A DNA stretch of 64,000 bases from an uncultured Cytophagia bacterium (lineage in GTDB: Bacteria > Zhuqueibacterota > Zhuqueibacteria > Oleimicrobiales > Geothermoviventaceae), in the NCBI GenBank assembly GCA_964644845.1, contig CAZXXS010000097.1, forward strand, positions 89,664-153,663, in the 5' to 3' direction. A program made the translations under genes and the position numbers. Shown piece after piece: positions 10,297 to 19,863 of the stretch (position 1 is its first letter; every line of letters begins with the position of its first letter). A model generated the notes under the pieces. That model was not told the DNA's origin. It ran no database searches and saw nothing but the letters and a program-made list of their open reading frames with translations.

Positions 10297-11589
10297 TCAC
10301 CGGTACAGCAGCACCTTTTGCCGAAGCTTGAGGAAATTGGCGACGCCTTCCCGCTGAAGCTGCAACAAGGAGTCGAGCGGAGCACCTCGCTGGAACGCGC
10401 GGGTGATTTCCGCGCGGCCCGACATCAGGTTCATGCCGCGCTCGCGGATTTTCAAGCTGTCCGGGTAGAGTCGGCGCAAGGTCGCAATGAGACGCAGCCC
10501 GAATTCGGCGGATCGAAACGTGTGTCCGTCAGAGACGTCGAACCAAAGACCGCGGCACATGCGGCCTTCGTACTTGGGATTCATGGCCATCCCAGGGAGG
10601 TCCACGGGTGTGAACGTGGTAGGGCGGAAGTGCAAGCCGGGAACGGGCTCAGCCGAGAGTTGCTGGATGAGCTGCTCCGGATCAATCCAGGGTGCCCCCA
10701 CGTTCTCAAACGGGTGGTGAGTGCCACGGCCTTCGGAAACATTTGTGGCCTCGAGAAGACCCATCCCGGGGTAAAGGAGTGCCGTCTCGGGACGTGGCAT
10801 GTTGGGCGAGGGGGGAATCCACTTGAGACCCGTCTCGTTGTAAAGCATTGAGCGTTTCCAGCCCCTTAGCGGAACCACGTGCAATTCTGCGCGCACGCTG
10901 TTCTTCAGCCATCCCTGGTTGTTGAAAAGTTGGGCCAGCTCGCCCACGGTCATCCCGTGTCGAAGAGGGATGGGGTGGATGCCCACGAACGAACGGAAAC
11001 GCGGGTCCAGCATGGGGCCCTCGACCAAACTGCCACTGATCGGGTTGGGCCTGTCCAGAACGACAAATGGGATGCCGTTCTCAGCTGCTGCTTCCATGGC
11101 CAGCGACATGGTGCTGATGAAGGTGTAGAACCGCGCGCCCACGTCCTGGATGTCGAAAATCAAAACGTCGAGACCTTTCAGCATCTCGGGCGTGGGTTTC
11201 TTCGTCTTGCCGTACAAACTGAAAATCGGTACCCCGGTCTTTACGTCCTTGCCGTTCGCGACGGATGCGCCCGCTTCGGCCTGACCCCGGATGCCATGTT
11301 CGGGACCAAACAGTGCACCGAGGGTCACCTCCGGGTCGTCGGCCAACAAGTCAGCGATGTGGTGCCCCCGGGAATCGACGCCTGTTTGGTTTGTGATCAA
11401 ACCGACGGTTTTCCCGGCGACCAGCTGCCGGTACTCGGTGAGAAGCCTGTCTGCACCCACCTGCACGTGGGATGAGTCGGGCGTGCGGCAGCCGGACACA
11501 ATCAAAAACAGACTCAAAACGACAAAAAGGCCCAGAGCAAGCTTGCCCTGGACCCGACTTTGCTTTTTCCTCACCTCTGGTGCCCTCAT
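10297..11589 (-). CDS. namZ: DUF1343 family exo-beta-N-acetylmuramidase NamZ-like
   Basis: DUF1343/NamZ signatures (GLITNQTGVD, LFGPEHGIRG, IFDIQDVGARFYTFISTM, VVLDRPNPI). Lipoprotein-like signal (LIVSGC). Its ATG overlaps the stop of the upstream mltD-like gene (ATGA). Confidence 0.7.
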   Translation of the reverse strand: MRAPEVRKKQSRVQGKLALGLFVVLSLFLIVSGCRTPDSSHVQVGADRLLTEYRQLVAGKTVGLITNQTGVDSRGHHIADLLADDPEVTLGALFGPEHGIRGQAEAGASVANGKDVKTGVPIFSLYGKTKKPTPEMLKGLDVLIFDIQDVGARFYTFISTMSLAMEAAAENGIPFVVLDRPNPISGSLVEGPMLDPRFRSFVGIHPIPLRHGMTVGELAQLFNNQGWLKNSVRAELHVVPLRGWKRSMLYNETGLKWIPPSPNMPRPETALLYPGMGLLEATNVSEGRGTHHPFENVGAPWIDPEQLIQQLSAEPVPGLHFRPTTFTPVDLPGMAMNPKYEGRMCRGLWFDVSDGHTFRSAEFGLRLIATLRRLYPDSLKIRERGMNLMSGRAEITRAFQRGAPLDSLLQLQREGVANFLKLRQKVLLYR

Positions 11590-13628
11590 GATTCCGACGG
11601 TTCTGGACGGTTGGTGTCAATGGGTTCGACCACCGGAACAAGAATCTGGTCGTTGGTGTGAAGGTCCGCCAGGTTTTTATCCGGATTGTACTTGCGAAGC
11701 AGCCAGTACGGGACATCGTAGACCCGGTTGCAAAGGTACCAGATGTTCTGACCTCGCCGCACGATGTGCGTTTGAACGGAAGTGACGCGGTAGGTGGAAA
11801 AGAAGTCCTCTTCGATGCTCCGCAAGTACTCCACCCGCTGGCGGTGGAATTCCTCTGGCGTTACGTTACGGAATGTCAACCGGATTTTCTGCCCAACCCG
11901 GATGTCTTGCCCGTAAGCAAGCCCGTTCAAGCGCCTGAGTTCCTGAGCCGGCACTTTGAGCCACTCGGCGTAGTGACCCAGGGTTTCTTCGGGTTGAACC
12001 TCCACCCAGCCGGACTTCGGTACCTCCACGAACTCCGCCAGTTCAGGTAGCCCCTCGGGCAACGCCACGCTCGAGGACGTGTCCGGCAGCGGCACCCAGT
12101 ACATGTCCGGTGAGCCACCGCCGAGAATGGGCTTGTCCTCCTGTGCAAGCACGATCTGGTTTGCCGAAGACGGTTGTTCCGGTGCTGCAGATTTTAGGGC
12201 AGCCTGGCGCTGTTTCGGAGCCTCGGCAAGCTCGGTGGCTTGCGGTTTTGGCTTCGGCCTGTAGTTGGTTGGCGGTACGTTCAGCAACTGTCCGGAGCGA
12301 ATTCTGTTTGGGTTGCGGATGTCGTTGTACGCCAGCAGAGTGCGAAGTGGTACGTGTAGGCGTCTGGCGATCTGACCAAGGGTTTCGCCACGCCGGACAC
12401 GGTACGTCTTCGGTCGGACCTGCCCCTTGTAGCGTAGTTTCTCAGGGATTTGGGCGTACAGCGCTTCGGGCTTGTCTGGAAGGTCCACCGGCAAACGCAG
12501 CACGTAGCCCTTTGGGATCCGACGGTGTCCCCGCCACACGGGCGAACGCAGGGCCGGGTTCAGCTCGCGGAGCTTCTTCAGGTCAATCCCAAACGCTTTC
12601 GCCACTGCCGAGGCCGGGACGTAATCCGGCACCGTGAATTCCACGAAGTCGTCCGGTGGCAGGGGCTCCACGTCTGGGAAGAACGTGTCAGAGTGAGTTC
12701 GCACGTACAGGGCAGCCAAGAACTCGGCGTAGAAATTGCGTGAGGCGAATTTGAAATTGCGGCTTCGGTAACGGCGCACGATGGTGTTGAAATCGCGTGT
12801 GTGCAGACGCTTGATGGCGCGCTTCATTCCCTGCAGGCCGTGGTTGTAAGCCGTGATCGCCAGTGGCCAGGTGCCCAGTTCCTCGTAGTTTTTCTTCAGC
12901 AGCTGGGCGGCAGCTTCGGTTGCGCGCACCGGGTCGAAACGTTCGTCCATTTCGTAGTTGATGCGCAGAAAAAGTCGGCCTGTGTAGCGCGTAAATTGCC
13001 AGATGCCAGCGGCACCCATGTGGGAGTAGGCGCGGTAGTTGAAAGACGATTCTACGTGGGGCAAGGCCGTCAACTCTTCTGGCAGACCGTACAATCGGAA
13101 GACCTCTTTCATGCGGTCGATGTACCGACCGGACTGCCGAAGCCCGTAGCGGAAGAAATTGGCGTTGCCCCGCTGAACCCGTACGTGCCTGCTCGCATCG
13201 CGGAACTTGTGTTTGTCATTGACGGCTGCCCAGAGTTCATACACGCGTTTGGCATCCCCACGCAGTTTTTCGGGATGTTTGGCACCACCGGAAGCCAGGT
13301 TGCGGAGGATGCGACGGTACTTGCTACGCAACTGCCGGGCCCAACGCCGTTTGGTGCGCTCGCTGGCGTGCTCTACACCCAATTTCTTACGCAAATCGAC
13401 GACTTCGTAGATAATGTCGAGCCGTCGGTCGTCGTGTACGATCAGACAGTCGCTGTCCCAACGGGTGTACACCTTCACCCAAAATTCCACGTTCTTCTGA
13501 ATGGCACTGGGAAGGGGGAAGATGTCGTTCCTCGGAATGTCCGCCTCGGTGATGGTCAGAGACCTGGCGGAACCTGTCTGAAGGACCAGGGCGACGAGAA
13601 GCGCTGAAAGGGTGACCTTTGCTTTCAT
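11586..13628 (-). CDS. mltD: Membrane-bound lytic murein transglycosylase D-like (SLT domain plus LysM repeats)
   Basis: Start moved to ATG 13628 (signal peptide MKAKVTLSALLVALVLQTGSA). SLT catalytic region (AAGIWQFTRYTGR, AITAYNHG). At least two LysM domains (YRVRRGETLGQIARRLHV..., HIVRRGQNIWYLCNRVYDV...). Confidence 0.75.
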   Translation of the reverse strand: MKAKVTLSALLVALVLQTGSARSLTITEADIPRNDIFPLPSAIQKNVEFWVKVYTRWDSDCLIVHDDRRLDIIYEVVDLRKKLGVEHASERTKRRWARQLRSKYRRILRNLASGGAKHPEKLRGDAKRVYELWAAVNDKHKFRDASRHVRVQRGNANFFRYGLRQSGRYIDRMKEVFRLYGLPEELTALPHVESSFNYRAYSHMGAAGIWQFTRYTGRLFLRINYEMDERFDPVRATEAAAQLLKKNYEELGTWPLAITAYNHGLQGMKRAIKRLHTRDFNTIVRRYRSRNFKFASRNFYAEFLAALYVRTHSDTFFPDVEPLPPDDFVEFTVPDYVPASAVAKAFGIDLKKLRELNPALRSPVWRGHRRIPKGYVLRLPVDLPDKPEALYAQIPEKLRYKGQVRPKTYRVRRGETLGQIARRLHVPLRTLLAYNDIRNPNRIRSGQLLNVPPTNYRPKPKPQATELAEAPKQRQAALKSAAPEQPSSANQIVLAQEDKPILGGGSPDMYWVPLPDTSSSVALPEGLPELAEFVEVPKSGWVEVQPEETLGHYAEWLKVPAQELRRLNGLAYGQDIRVGQKIRLTFRNVTPEEFHRQRVEYLRSIEEDFFSTYRVTSVQTHIVRRGQNIWYLCNRVYDVPYWLLRKYNPDKNLADLHTNDQILVPVVEPIDTNRPEPSES

Positions 13629-13782
13629 CCCGTTCCGTCCGTTTTCTTCAGTCTGTTCTGATCCGGCTGTTTTGTGCGATTTGAGCCATCTGTTCCTGGC
13701 TGGACAGCCTTGGCGTGCCTGGAGGGCTCGGCTCGAGTCCAGCAAAAATCGCTTTGTGCAAGGAACGCGCCAGGAGCGCGAG

Positions 13783-14280
13783 CTACTCGTCCAGCTCGCT
13801 GTCGAGCGCGGGAAAAGGGCCTGGGAGTTCCGGGGGCGGCTCCTCCGGTTCCTCGTCGAAGAAGTCCACGTTTCGTGGGTCGTTTTGAACGATGCGACCG
13901 ATGATCTCGATCAGTTCGCCCTTGTCGCGCGCCTGTAGCTCTTCCATCGTTTCGCCCACATCCAGGAAATCTTCGGCATCAAACACCCAGGAGTACAACA
14001 ACGCAACGGCGTGTTTGCACATGCCACTCTTCTCGTTGCAGGTACAAGCCGTGGAGATGTGGTGTTCGTCCACAGTGGCCTCTACGTAGTACTCGCCAAA
14101 AGCCTCGCGCACGCGCGCCGAAATCTTGTTTAAGAAGACCGAGGCTTTGGTGAGAAAGCCGGTGGTGTAAAACTCCCAGCCTTCACCGCCAGTGGCCTCC
14201 TGGTCAATCCGCTTGACCTCTTCAATCGTGAGCGAGGTCAGCGCCTCTGAGATTGGGTAAATGGTTCTGGTTCGGTGCAT
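13783..14280 (-). CDS. SWIM zinc-finger domain protein
   Basis: CxCxnCxH SWIM motif (CTCNEKSGMCKH). Acidic, Pro-rich C-terminal tail. Start placed at ATG 14280 with SD gagaggtgg; the ORF-track GTG at 14334 lacks an SD. Confidence 0.5.
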   Translation of the reverse strand: MHRTRTIYPISEALTSLTIEEVKRIDQEATGGEGWEFYTTGFLTKASVFLNKISARVREAFGEYYVEATVDEHHISTACTCNEKSGMCKHAVALLYSWVFDAEDFLDVGETMEELQARDKGELIEIIGRIVQNDPRNVDFFDEEPEEPPPELPGPFPALDSELDE

Positions 14281-14436
14281 CACTGCCACCACCTCTCTAA
14301 TCGGCTCAGAGATCGAGTTTTTTGATCTCCGCACTCAAGACAGCCGGGACAGTGTTCCGGCCCATTCGGTTGTTCGAAAGACTACGGGCTCTTCTGGCCT
14401 TGCGTTTGTCAGTGCCGGCCGCGCTTGTGCCGTGGA

Positions 14437-15585
14437 TCAGATCGGTTCGAGCATTTCACTTTTTACACTACGTTCGTGTTCCAATCTGTGCGCAAAAGAT
14501 TCCGCTGCTCGCACCCTCTCCGAGATGGGCGGGTGGTCGTGAAAGAGCCAGATCACCCAGCGGGGTGGGTCGGGATCTTCGAGATTTTGCGACTGCAGTT
14601 TTCGCAGAGCCGTGGCGAAAGCGTTGGGGTGGCCGGTTGCCTCGAACGCGAACAGATCGGCTTCCCGTTCGTGCTTGCGCGACACGGCTGACAGTAGCGG
14701 GCCAACCAGTTGGCCGTAGACCACCAGCAGGAAGAACAAGAAAGAGAGACCGCGCAGATCCCACAGGCCGTCCAGCCCATGCGCATTTACCCAAGCCCTG
14801 TGCCCTGCGGCAGCCAGGCCGAGTCCGCCCAATTCCACCAGAAAACCGAGCACAAGCGTTTTCCAAATGTGCCTGCGCACGTGGTGTCCAAGTTCGTGGG
14901 CTACCACAGCTTCGATTTCGTCTTGATTCAGGCTGTTCAAAAGAGTGTCGCCAAGCAGAATACGCCGCGTCTTGCCCAGTCCCGTTAGCGCTGCGTTGGC
15001 TTTCTGCGTCTCGCGACTCATGTCGAATTCGTAGAGGCCTTCTAACTGGAGCCCAACCTTGCGGAACAGGGCGTCCAGACGCTGTTTGAGCTCTGGTTGT
15101 TCCAGAGGTTTGAACTTGTAGAACAGCGGCAGAATGAGCACCGGGGCGATCTGGGCGAGCGCAACGCTGACGGCGAAGAACGCCAGCCCTACGGGAATCC
15201 ACCACCAGAAGCCAAACCCGCGGAGGCAGGCGTAAAAGAGCAGCCCCAGCGGCAGGCCCACGAGGCTGCTGATCGCCAGCGCTTTGAGCTGTCGTCCCAA
15301 CCACTGCAGCAGATTCTGGTTGGAAAGTCCGTACCGGTGCTCCAGAACGTAGCCCGAAAGGAAGCTGACGGGAGTGGTAGGGACTGCCACAACCAGCCCG
15401 TACAGGAGAACGAAGGCCAGGAATTGCACGTAAGCGTTGGTACTCAGGCCGGTTGCCACCCGTGACAGCGCCAGACCGGCTGGACTGAGAGCCAGCAACG
15501 CCGTGACCAGCAACTCGAGAACCAGACTCAGCACGGCGAGCTTGACTTTGGCTCGGGAGTAGGTTCTTGCGCGATTTTGTTCCAT
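14437..15585 (-). CDS. M48 family metallopeptidase (Ste24/HtpX-like), polytopic membrane protein
   Basis: HExxH in HELGHHVRRH with downstream E. N-terminal half has several TM helices. Start moved to ATG 15585 (SD aggtga). Confidence 0.75.
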   Translation of the reverse strand: MEQNRARTYSRAKVKLAVLSLVLELLVTALLALSPAGLALSRVATGLSTNAYVQFLAFVLLYGLVVAVPTTPVSFLSGYVLEHRYGLSNQNLLQWLGRQLKALAISSLVGLPLGLLFYACLRGFGFWWWIPVGLAFFAVSVALAQIAPVLILPLFYKFKPLEQPELKQRLDALFRKVGLQLEGLYEFDMSRETQKANAALTGLGKTRRILLGDTLLNSLNQDEIEAVVAHELGHHVRRHIWKTLVLGFLVELGGLGLAAAGHRAWVNAHGLDGLWDLRGLSFLFFLLVVYGQLVGPLLSAVSRKHEREADLFAFEATGHPNAFATALRKLQSQNLEDPDPPRWVIWLFHDHPPISERVRAAESFAHRLEHERSVKSEMLEPI

Positions 15586-16463
15586 TCTCACCTGGTGAAT
15601 TCTGCTTCGTGGGCCTGCCTCAGGTGCAGCCAACCGTCGGCAAACTTACGAAACCAGCCTGCCCTTTTCAAGCTGAATTGCGATTCTACGGATTCCCGCA
15701 TGTTTCTTTAGACAAGGTTCGTTTAGCCTGAGCGCTGCCCATCGTCGGTCTGTCTCTTCAGCTCGCGGTACTGGTAACCTCAATCTCGACGAGGTCCCCC
15801 TGCGGCGGGACTGAGGGGGTTACGGAGATGACTGGGGATGGGGGGACCGGACGATCCTTGGGTAAGAACGTTTCCGTTGGCTTTCTTGCGGCTTGAAGGT
15901 AGAAAGCGCTGGACAATGTCTCCCCAGTTCCTGCCGGGCTTTTACTGACCCGTGGATCCTGAAACGCTGCGAACATCACCACAGCCGTGTCGACTGTCCG
16001 CGAGGTCAGGCGACGTGTTTCTGCAGGTTGCCATCTGGATAAGCCGGGAAATTGGTTCCCCGGCGGACAGGCGCAGGCACCTCGGGGCGGAGCGCGTAGC
16101 TGTTCGCTGCGTTCGGCCGCAACTCCGCGAGCGTCAAACTCTAAGGGACTGGTACTGTTGGCGTTGCGGGAGACTGGAATCCCTGCCAGGCCGACGAGAA
16201 GAACGTGTTTTTTGTTCAACGCCGGGGCCGGTTTGGGCGCTCCGCAGGAGTCGTGGGTACAAGGCAATTCGGCGTCCATCCGGGTGTCTGTGCGGGCACT
16301 TTGGGCGGCAAAGTTCCGGCGCCTGGGGACGTACGCTCTGGCCGAGAAAAAATAGGTCAGCGCGAGCAGAAGCCCTCTCCCTTGCAATTCGGGCTTTGAA
16401 TTTGTAAGTTGGCGAAGCATGCAGGGACGAGAGGTGGTCAGAAGGTGAGAACTCGACGAAGAG

Positions 16464-17921
16464 GTGTGCATGATCGGACGCGAAGGCCTTGAAAATCCTG
16501 CGGACTTGTTTGCCAACAGATTCGGACTGGGCCAGGAAGTGGTGAGGCGCATTCTGGCTCGTGCTCTTTCCAAGGGAGGCGAATTCGCCGAGTTGTACGC
16601 AGAGTACCACCTGGGGGCGTCGGTTAATCTGGAAGATGGGAACGTGAAGGATACGTCGGAGGGGGTGAGCCTTGGTGCAGGGGTACGGGTGATCTCCGGC
16701 GAGCAGACCGGGTACGGCTACACGAACGATCTGGCCGAGGCGGCGCTTCTGGAAGTGGCCGAAACGGCGGCAGCGATTGCGGCGCGGGGTTCTGCCCCAG
16801 CCCCGGGTGTGGCCGACCTGCGCGTGCACCCTCCACGTCTCGACCTCTACGATCCTACCGAAGCTTCCTACCTGGCTCCTTTGAAAGCGCGTCTGGACCT
16901 TTGCCTGCGTGCCCATGCGGCCGCATCCGGTGTGGACACTGCTGTGAAACAAATTCGCGTTGGATTTGGCGACAGCCTGCGTTTCCTCCTGATCGCGAAT
17001 TCCGAAGGGCTGTTCACCTGGGATGTACGCCCGATGGTTCGCCTGGATGTGTCTGTGGTGGCGGAGCGCGGTGGCAGGCGCGAGTCGGGCTACCACGGCA
17101 ACGGTGGACGCGTGGGACTGTCGTATTTTGAGCAGGAAGAGACACCGGAGGCCATCGGTCGGAAAGCGGCCGAAGAGTCGGTCTTGCTGCTGCAGGCCGT
17201 GGATCCGCCTGCGGGCGAAATGCCCGTGGTGCTGGCTCCTGGCGAAAGCGGGACGATGATCCACGAAGCCGTAGGGCATCTGCTTGAAGCCGATGCGAAT
17301 CGCAAACGGCAGTCGATTTTCTGGGACAAGATGGGCCAGAAGGTGGCCAACGCGAACGTCACCATTTTCGACGACCCCACGATTCCGCGTTTCCGCGGCT
17401 CGTACAACGTGGATGACGAGGGGACTGAGCCCCGCAAGACGCTTCTGATCGAGCGCGGCGTTCTCCGCGGCTACCTGATGGACCGACTCTCGGCCAAGGT
17501 GCTGGGCATGGCACTCACAGGACACGGTCGGCGCGAGAACTACCAGCACGTGCCCATCCCGCGGATGTCGAACACCTACCTGGCTGCAGGCGAGTGGGAT
17601 CCGCAAGAGATTCTGGCTTCGGTGAAGAGGGGGCTGTACGCCGTCAGCTACCAGGGCGGACAGGTGGAAGACACGGGCAAGTTCACGTTTTCCCTGAGTC
17701 TGGCGTACCTGATCGAGAACGGTCGGCTGACGGCGCCCGTGCGTCAGGCGACGCTGATTGGCTCCAATCTGGACATCCTGCAGAAGATCGAAATGGTTGG
17801 GAACGACCTCAAGTTCAGTCGCCAGACGGGCACGTGTGGCAAGGAAGGGCAATCCGTGCCGGTCACCGACGGGACGCCGACCGTGAAAATCCAGAAAATG
17901 ACGGTAGGAGGAAAAGCTTGA
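16464..17921 (+). CDS. tldD: Metalloprotease TldD
   Basis: TldD/PmbA fold signatures (GVRVISGEQTGYGYTNDL, HEAVGHLLEAD, GGQVEDTGKFTF). Collinear with E. coli TldD from its N terminus. Confidence 0.85.
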   Translation: MCMIGREGLENPADLFANRFGLGQEVVRRILARALSKGGEFAELYAEYHLGASVNLEDGNVKDTSEGVSLGAGVRVISGEQTGYGYTNDLAEAALLEVAETAAAIAARGSAPAPGVADLRVHPPRLDLYDPTEASYLAPLKARLDLCLRAHAAASGVDTAVKQIRVGFGDSLRFLLIANSEGLFTWDVRPMVRLDVSVVAERGGRRESGYHGNGGRVGLSYFEQEETPEAIGRKAAEESVLLLQAVDPPAGEMPVVLAPGESGTMIHEAVGHLLEADANRKRQSIFWDKMGQKVANANVTIFDDPTIPRFRGSYNVDDEGTEPRKTLLIERGVLRGYLMDRLSAKVLGMALTGHGRRENYQHVPIPRMSNTYLAAGEWDPQEILASVKRGLYAVSYQGGQVEDTGKFTFSLSLAYLIENGRLTAPVRQATLIGSNLDILQKIEMVGNDLKFSRQTGTCGKEGQSVPVTDGTPTVKIQKMTVGGKA

Positions 17922-19264
17922 GCCGCAACACGTTTGCTACGGAAGAGGCGCTACTGGACCACCTGATTCGGTACGGTCGCGAGGCCGGAGCCGACGACGT
18001 GGAAATTGAACTGGCCAGCCATCGGGAGTTCTCGGTCGAGGTCCGTTTGGGGGAGATTGAGCGCTTAGTCGAGGCCGGATCGCGGGGCGTGTACATTCGT
18101 GTGACCGTGGGCCAGCGGGTTACACTCACGCGCTCCTCCGACCTGTCTCGAGATGTTCTGGAAACGCTGGTGAAGCGCGCCGTGGAGCGTGCCGCCCTGG
18201 GGTCGAAGGATCCCTACGCAGGACCGCCGGAGGAATTTGGTGAACCGGTGCCGTCCGAACAGCTGGACCTGTTCGATCCGTCGGTCCTGGAGCTGTCCGC
18301 CGAGCGCAAGATCGAGATGGCGCTCGAGGTGGAAGACATTGCACTGAAAGGCGATTCGCGAATCAGCAATTCGCTCGGTTCTTGGATGTCCACCGCGCAG
18401 GGACACGTGTGGTTTGCGAACTCCCGTGGGGTGTCCGGTCAGTACCGGGCGACCCTGACCTCGGTCGGAGTAGGTTTGCAAGCGGGCGACACGAACGAGA
18501 GGGTGGAGGAATTCTGGTGGAGCAACGCCCGGCATCTGGAGGACCTGGAGGACCTTGAAGCCGTTGCACAGACCGCCGTGGAGCGGACGGTTCGACAGCT
18601 CGGAGCGCGCAAATTGCCGACGACACGGACGGCTGTGATTTTCGAGCCCCGGATGACGGGTCAGCTGTTGGCTTTTCTGGCGTCCTGCGTGAACGGGATG
18701 GCAGTGTACCGGCAACGTTCGTGTTTAGCCGACAAGCTTGGCCAAAAGGTGGTCGGGGAGAACATTCATGTGGTGGACGATGCCCTGCTGCCCCGGGGGC
18801 TGGGCTCGCGCCCTTTTGACTCGGAAGGTGTGGCTACCCGGCGGCTGGATGTGGTGCGAGGGGGTGTGTTGCAAAGCTACCTCCTGAATGCGTATTCAGC
18901 CAGACGTCTGGGGCTCAAGACGACCGGGCACGCCAGTGGTCAGGGCGTGAGTGTGCACAACTTTTACCTGGAGCCGGGTGCGCTGAATCCGGAGGAGATC
19001 GTGCGGTCCACTGACCGCGGTCTTCTGCTCACACGGACCATTGGCCACGGAACCAATCCGACCACGGGCGAACTTTCCAAGGGTGCCTACGGTCTGTGGA
19101 TCGAGGGCGGCGAAATCGCTTACCCGGTTGCGGAAATCACCATCGCAGGGAACCTGCTGGACCTGCTCAGCCGGGTGGACGCCATCGGCAACGACCTGGA
19201 ATTTCGCAGTCCCATTGCCGGTCCCACCATCCGCGTGCAGGATGTGGTGGTAGGGGGAAGGTGA
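17918..19264 (+). CDS. pmbA: Metalloprotease PmbA/TldE
   Basis: TTG start overlapping the tldD stop (TTGA), preceded by strong SD ggtaggagg. The ORF-track N-terminal extension to 17594 is an overlap artefact. PmbA family (GVYIRVTVGQR, GHGTNPTTGE). Confidence 0.8.
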   Translation: MSRNTFATEEALLDHLIRYGREAGADDVEIELASHREFSVEVRLGEIERLVEAGSRGVYIRVTVGQRVTLTRSSDLSRDVLETLVKRAVERAALGSKDPYAGPPEEFGEPVPSEQLDLFDPSVLELSAERKIEMALEVEDIALKGDSRISNSLGSWMSTAQGHVWFANSRGVSGQYRATLTSVGVGLQAGDTNERVEEFWWSNARHLEDLEDLEAVAQTAVERTVRQLGARKLPTTRTAVIFEPRMTGQLLAFLASCVNGMAVYRQRSCLADKLGQKVVGENIHVVDDALLPRGLGSRPFDSEGVATRRLDVVRGGVLQSYLLNAYSARRLGLKTTGHASGQGVSVHNFYLEPGALNPEEIVRSTDRGLLLTRTIGHGTNPTTGELSKGAYGLWIEGGEIAYPVAEITIAGNLLDLLSRVDAIGNDLEFRSPIAGPTIRVQDVVVGGR

Positions 19265-19433
19265 GGCGAACAATACTTCTCTCAGGAAACTCGTGTTCTT
19301 GGGCGATTGGTTTGCTGTCAGCCAAAAAAGTGGGAGCTCTTGGGTGGTTGTTGGTCGGAGGAATACGCGTACGCAACGTGTCTGGTTTTACGGAGAAGAC
19401 GGGCGGTTAGGAGAAAGAGGCCAGGGGGCAGCG

Positions 19434-19860
19434 ATGCGCTGCGATTCTGAGAAACCCCATCGGCGATTCATCCGGTTGCGTGGGTACGGTTATTCCCGGC
19501 TGGGCGCGCATTTGGTCACCGTTTGCGTGCAGGGACGCAGGTGTTTGTTAGGGCGCGTGGTGGACGAACGGATGGAATTGAACGATGCGGGACGCATGGT
19601 TGCGGACCGGTGGTATGCGTTGCCATCCCGGTTTCCCACCATTTCGTTGGACGCGTTCATTGTCATGCCCAATCACATCCACGGGATAATCATCATCAAC
19701 GATCCCACCCCCGCGACCCATGGGGCCAACGATACCGTAGGGACAGGCCCAGGCGCGACCACATCAGCGCTGGAACATTTACGGCCGAAAAAAATCTCGT
19801 CTGAGTTGACCCGGTGCCAACTGTTCTTCCCTGGGGAATTCGAGACCCAGCCTTGTACCC
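19434..19860 (+). pseudogene. IS200/IS605-family (Y1 HUH) transposase-like remnant
   Basis: N-terminal two-thirds match TnpA(IS200) architecture: HLVTVCVQGRRCLL (YHIVxxxKYRRxxL-like) and the HUH motif FIVMPNHIHGIII. The C-terminal catalytic-Tyr region (xRGYF/YxxxNP) is not recognisable. There is no in-frame stop until 20258, which runs antisense into the neighbouring gene. End coordinate is approximate. Confidence 0.5.
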
Positions 19861-19863
19861 CCC

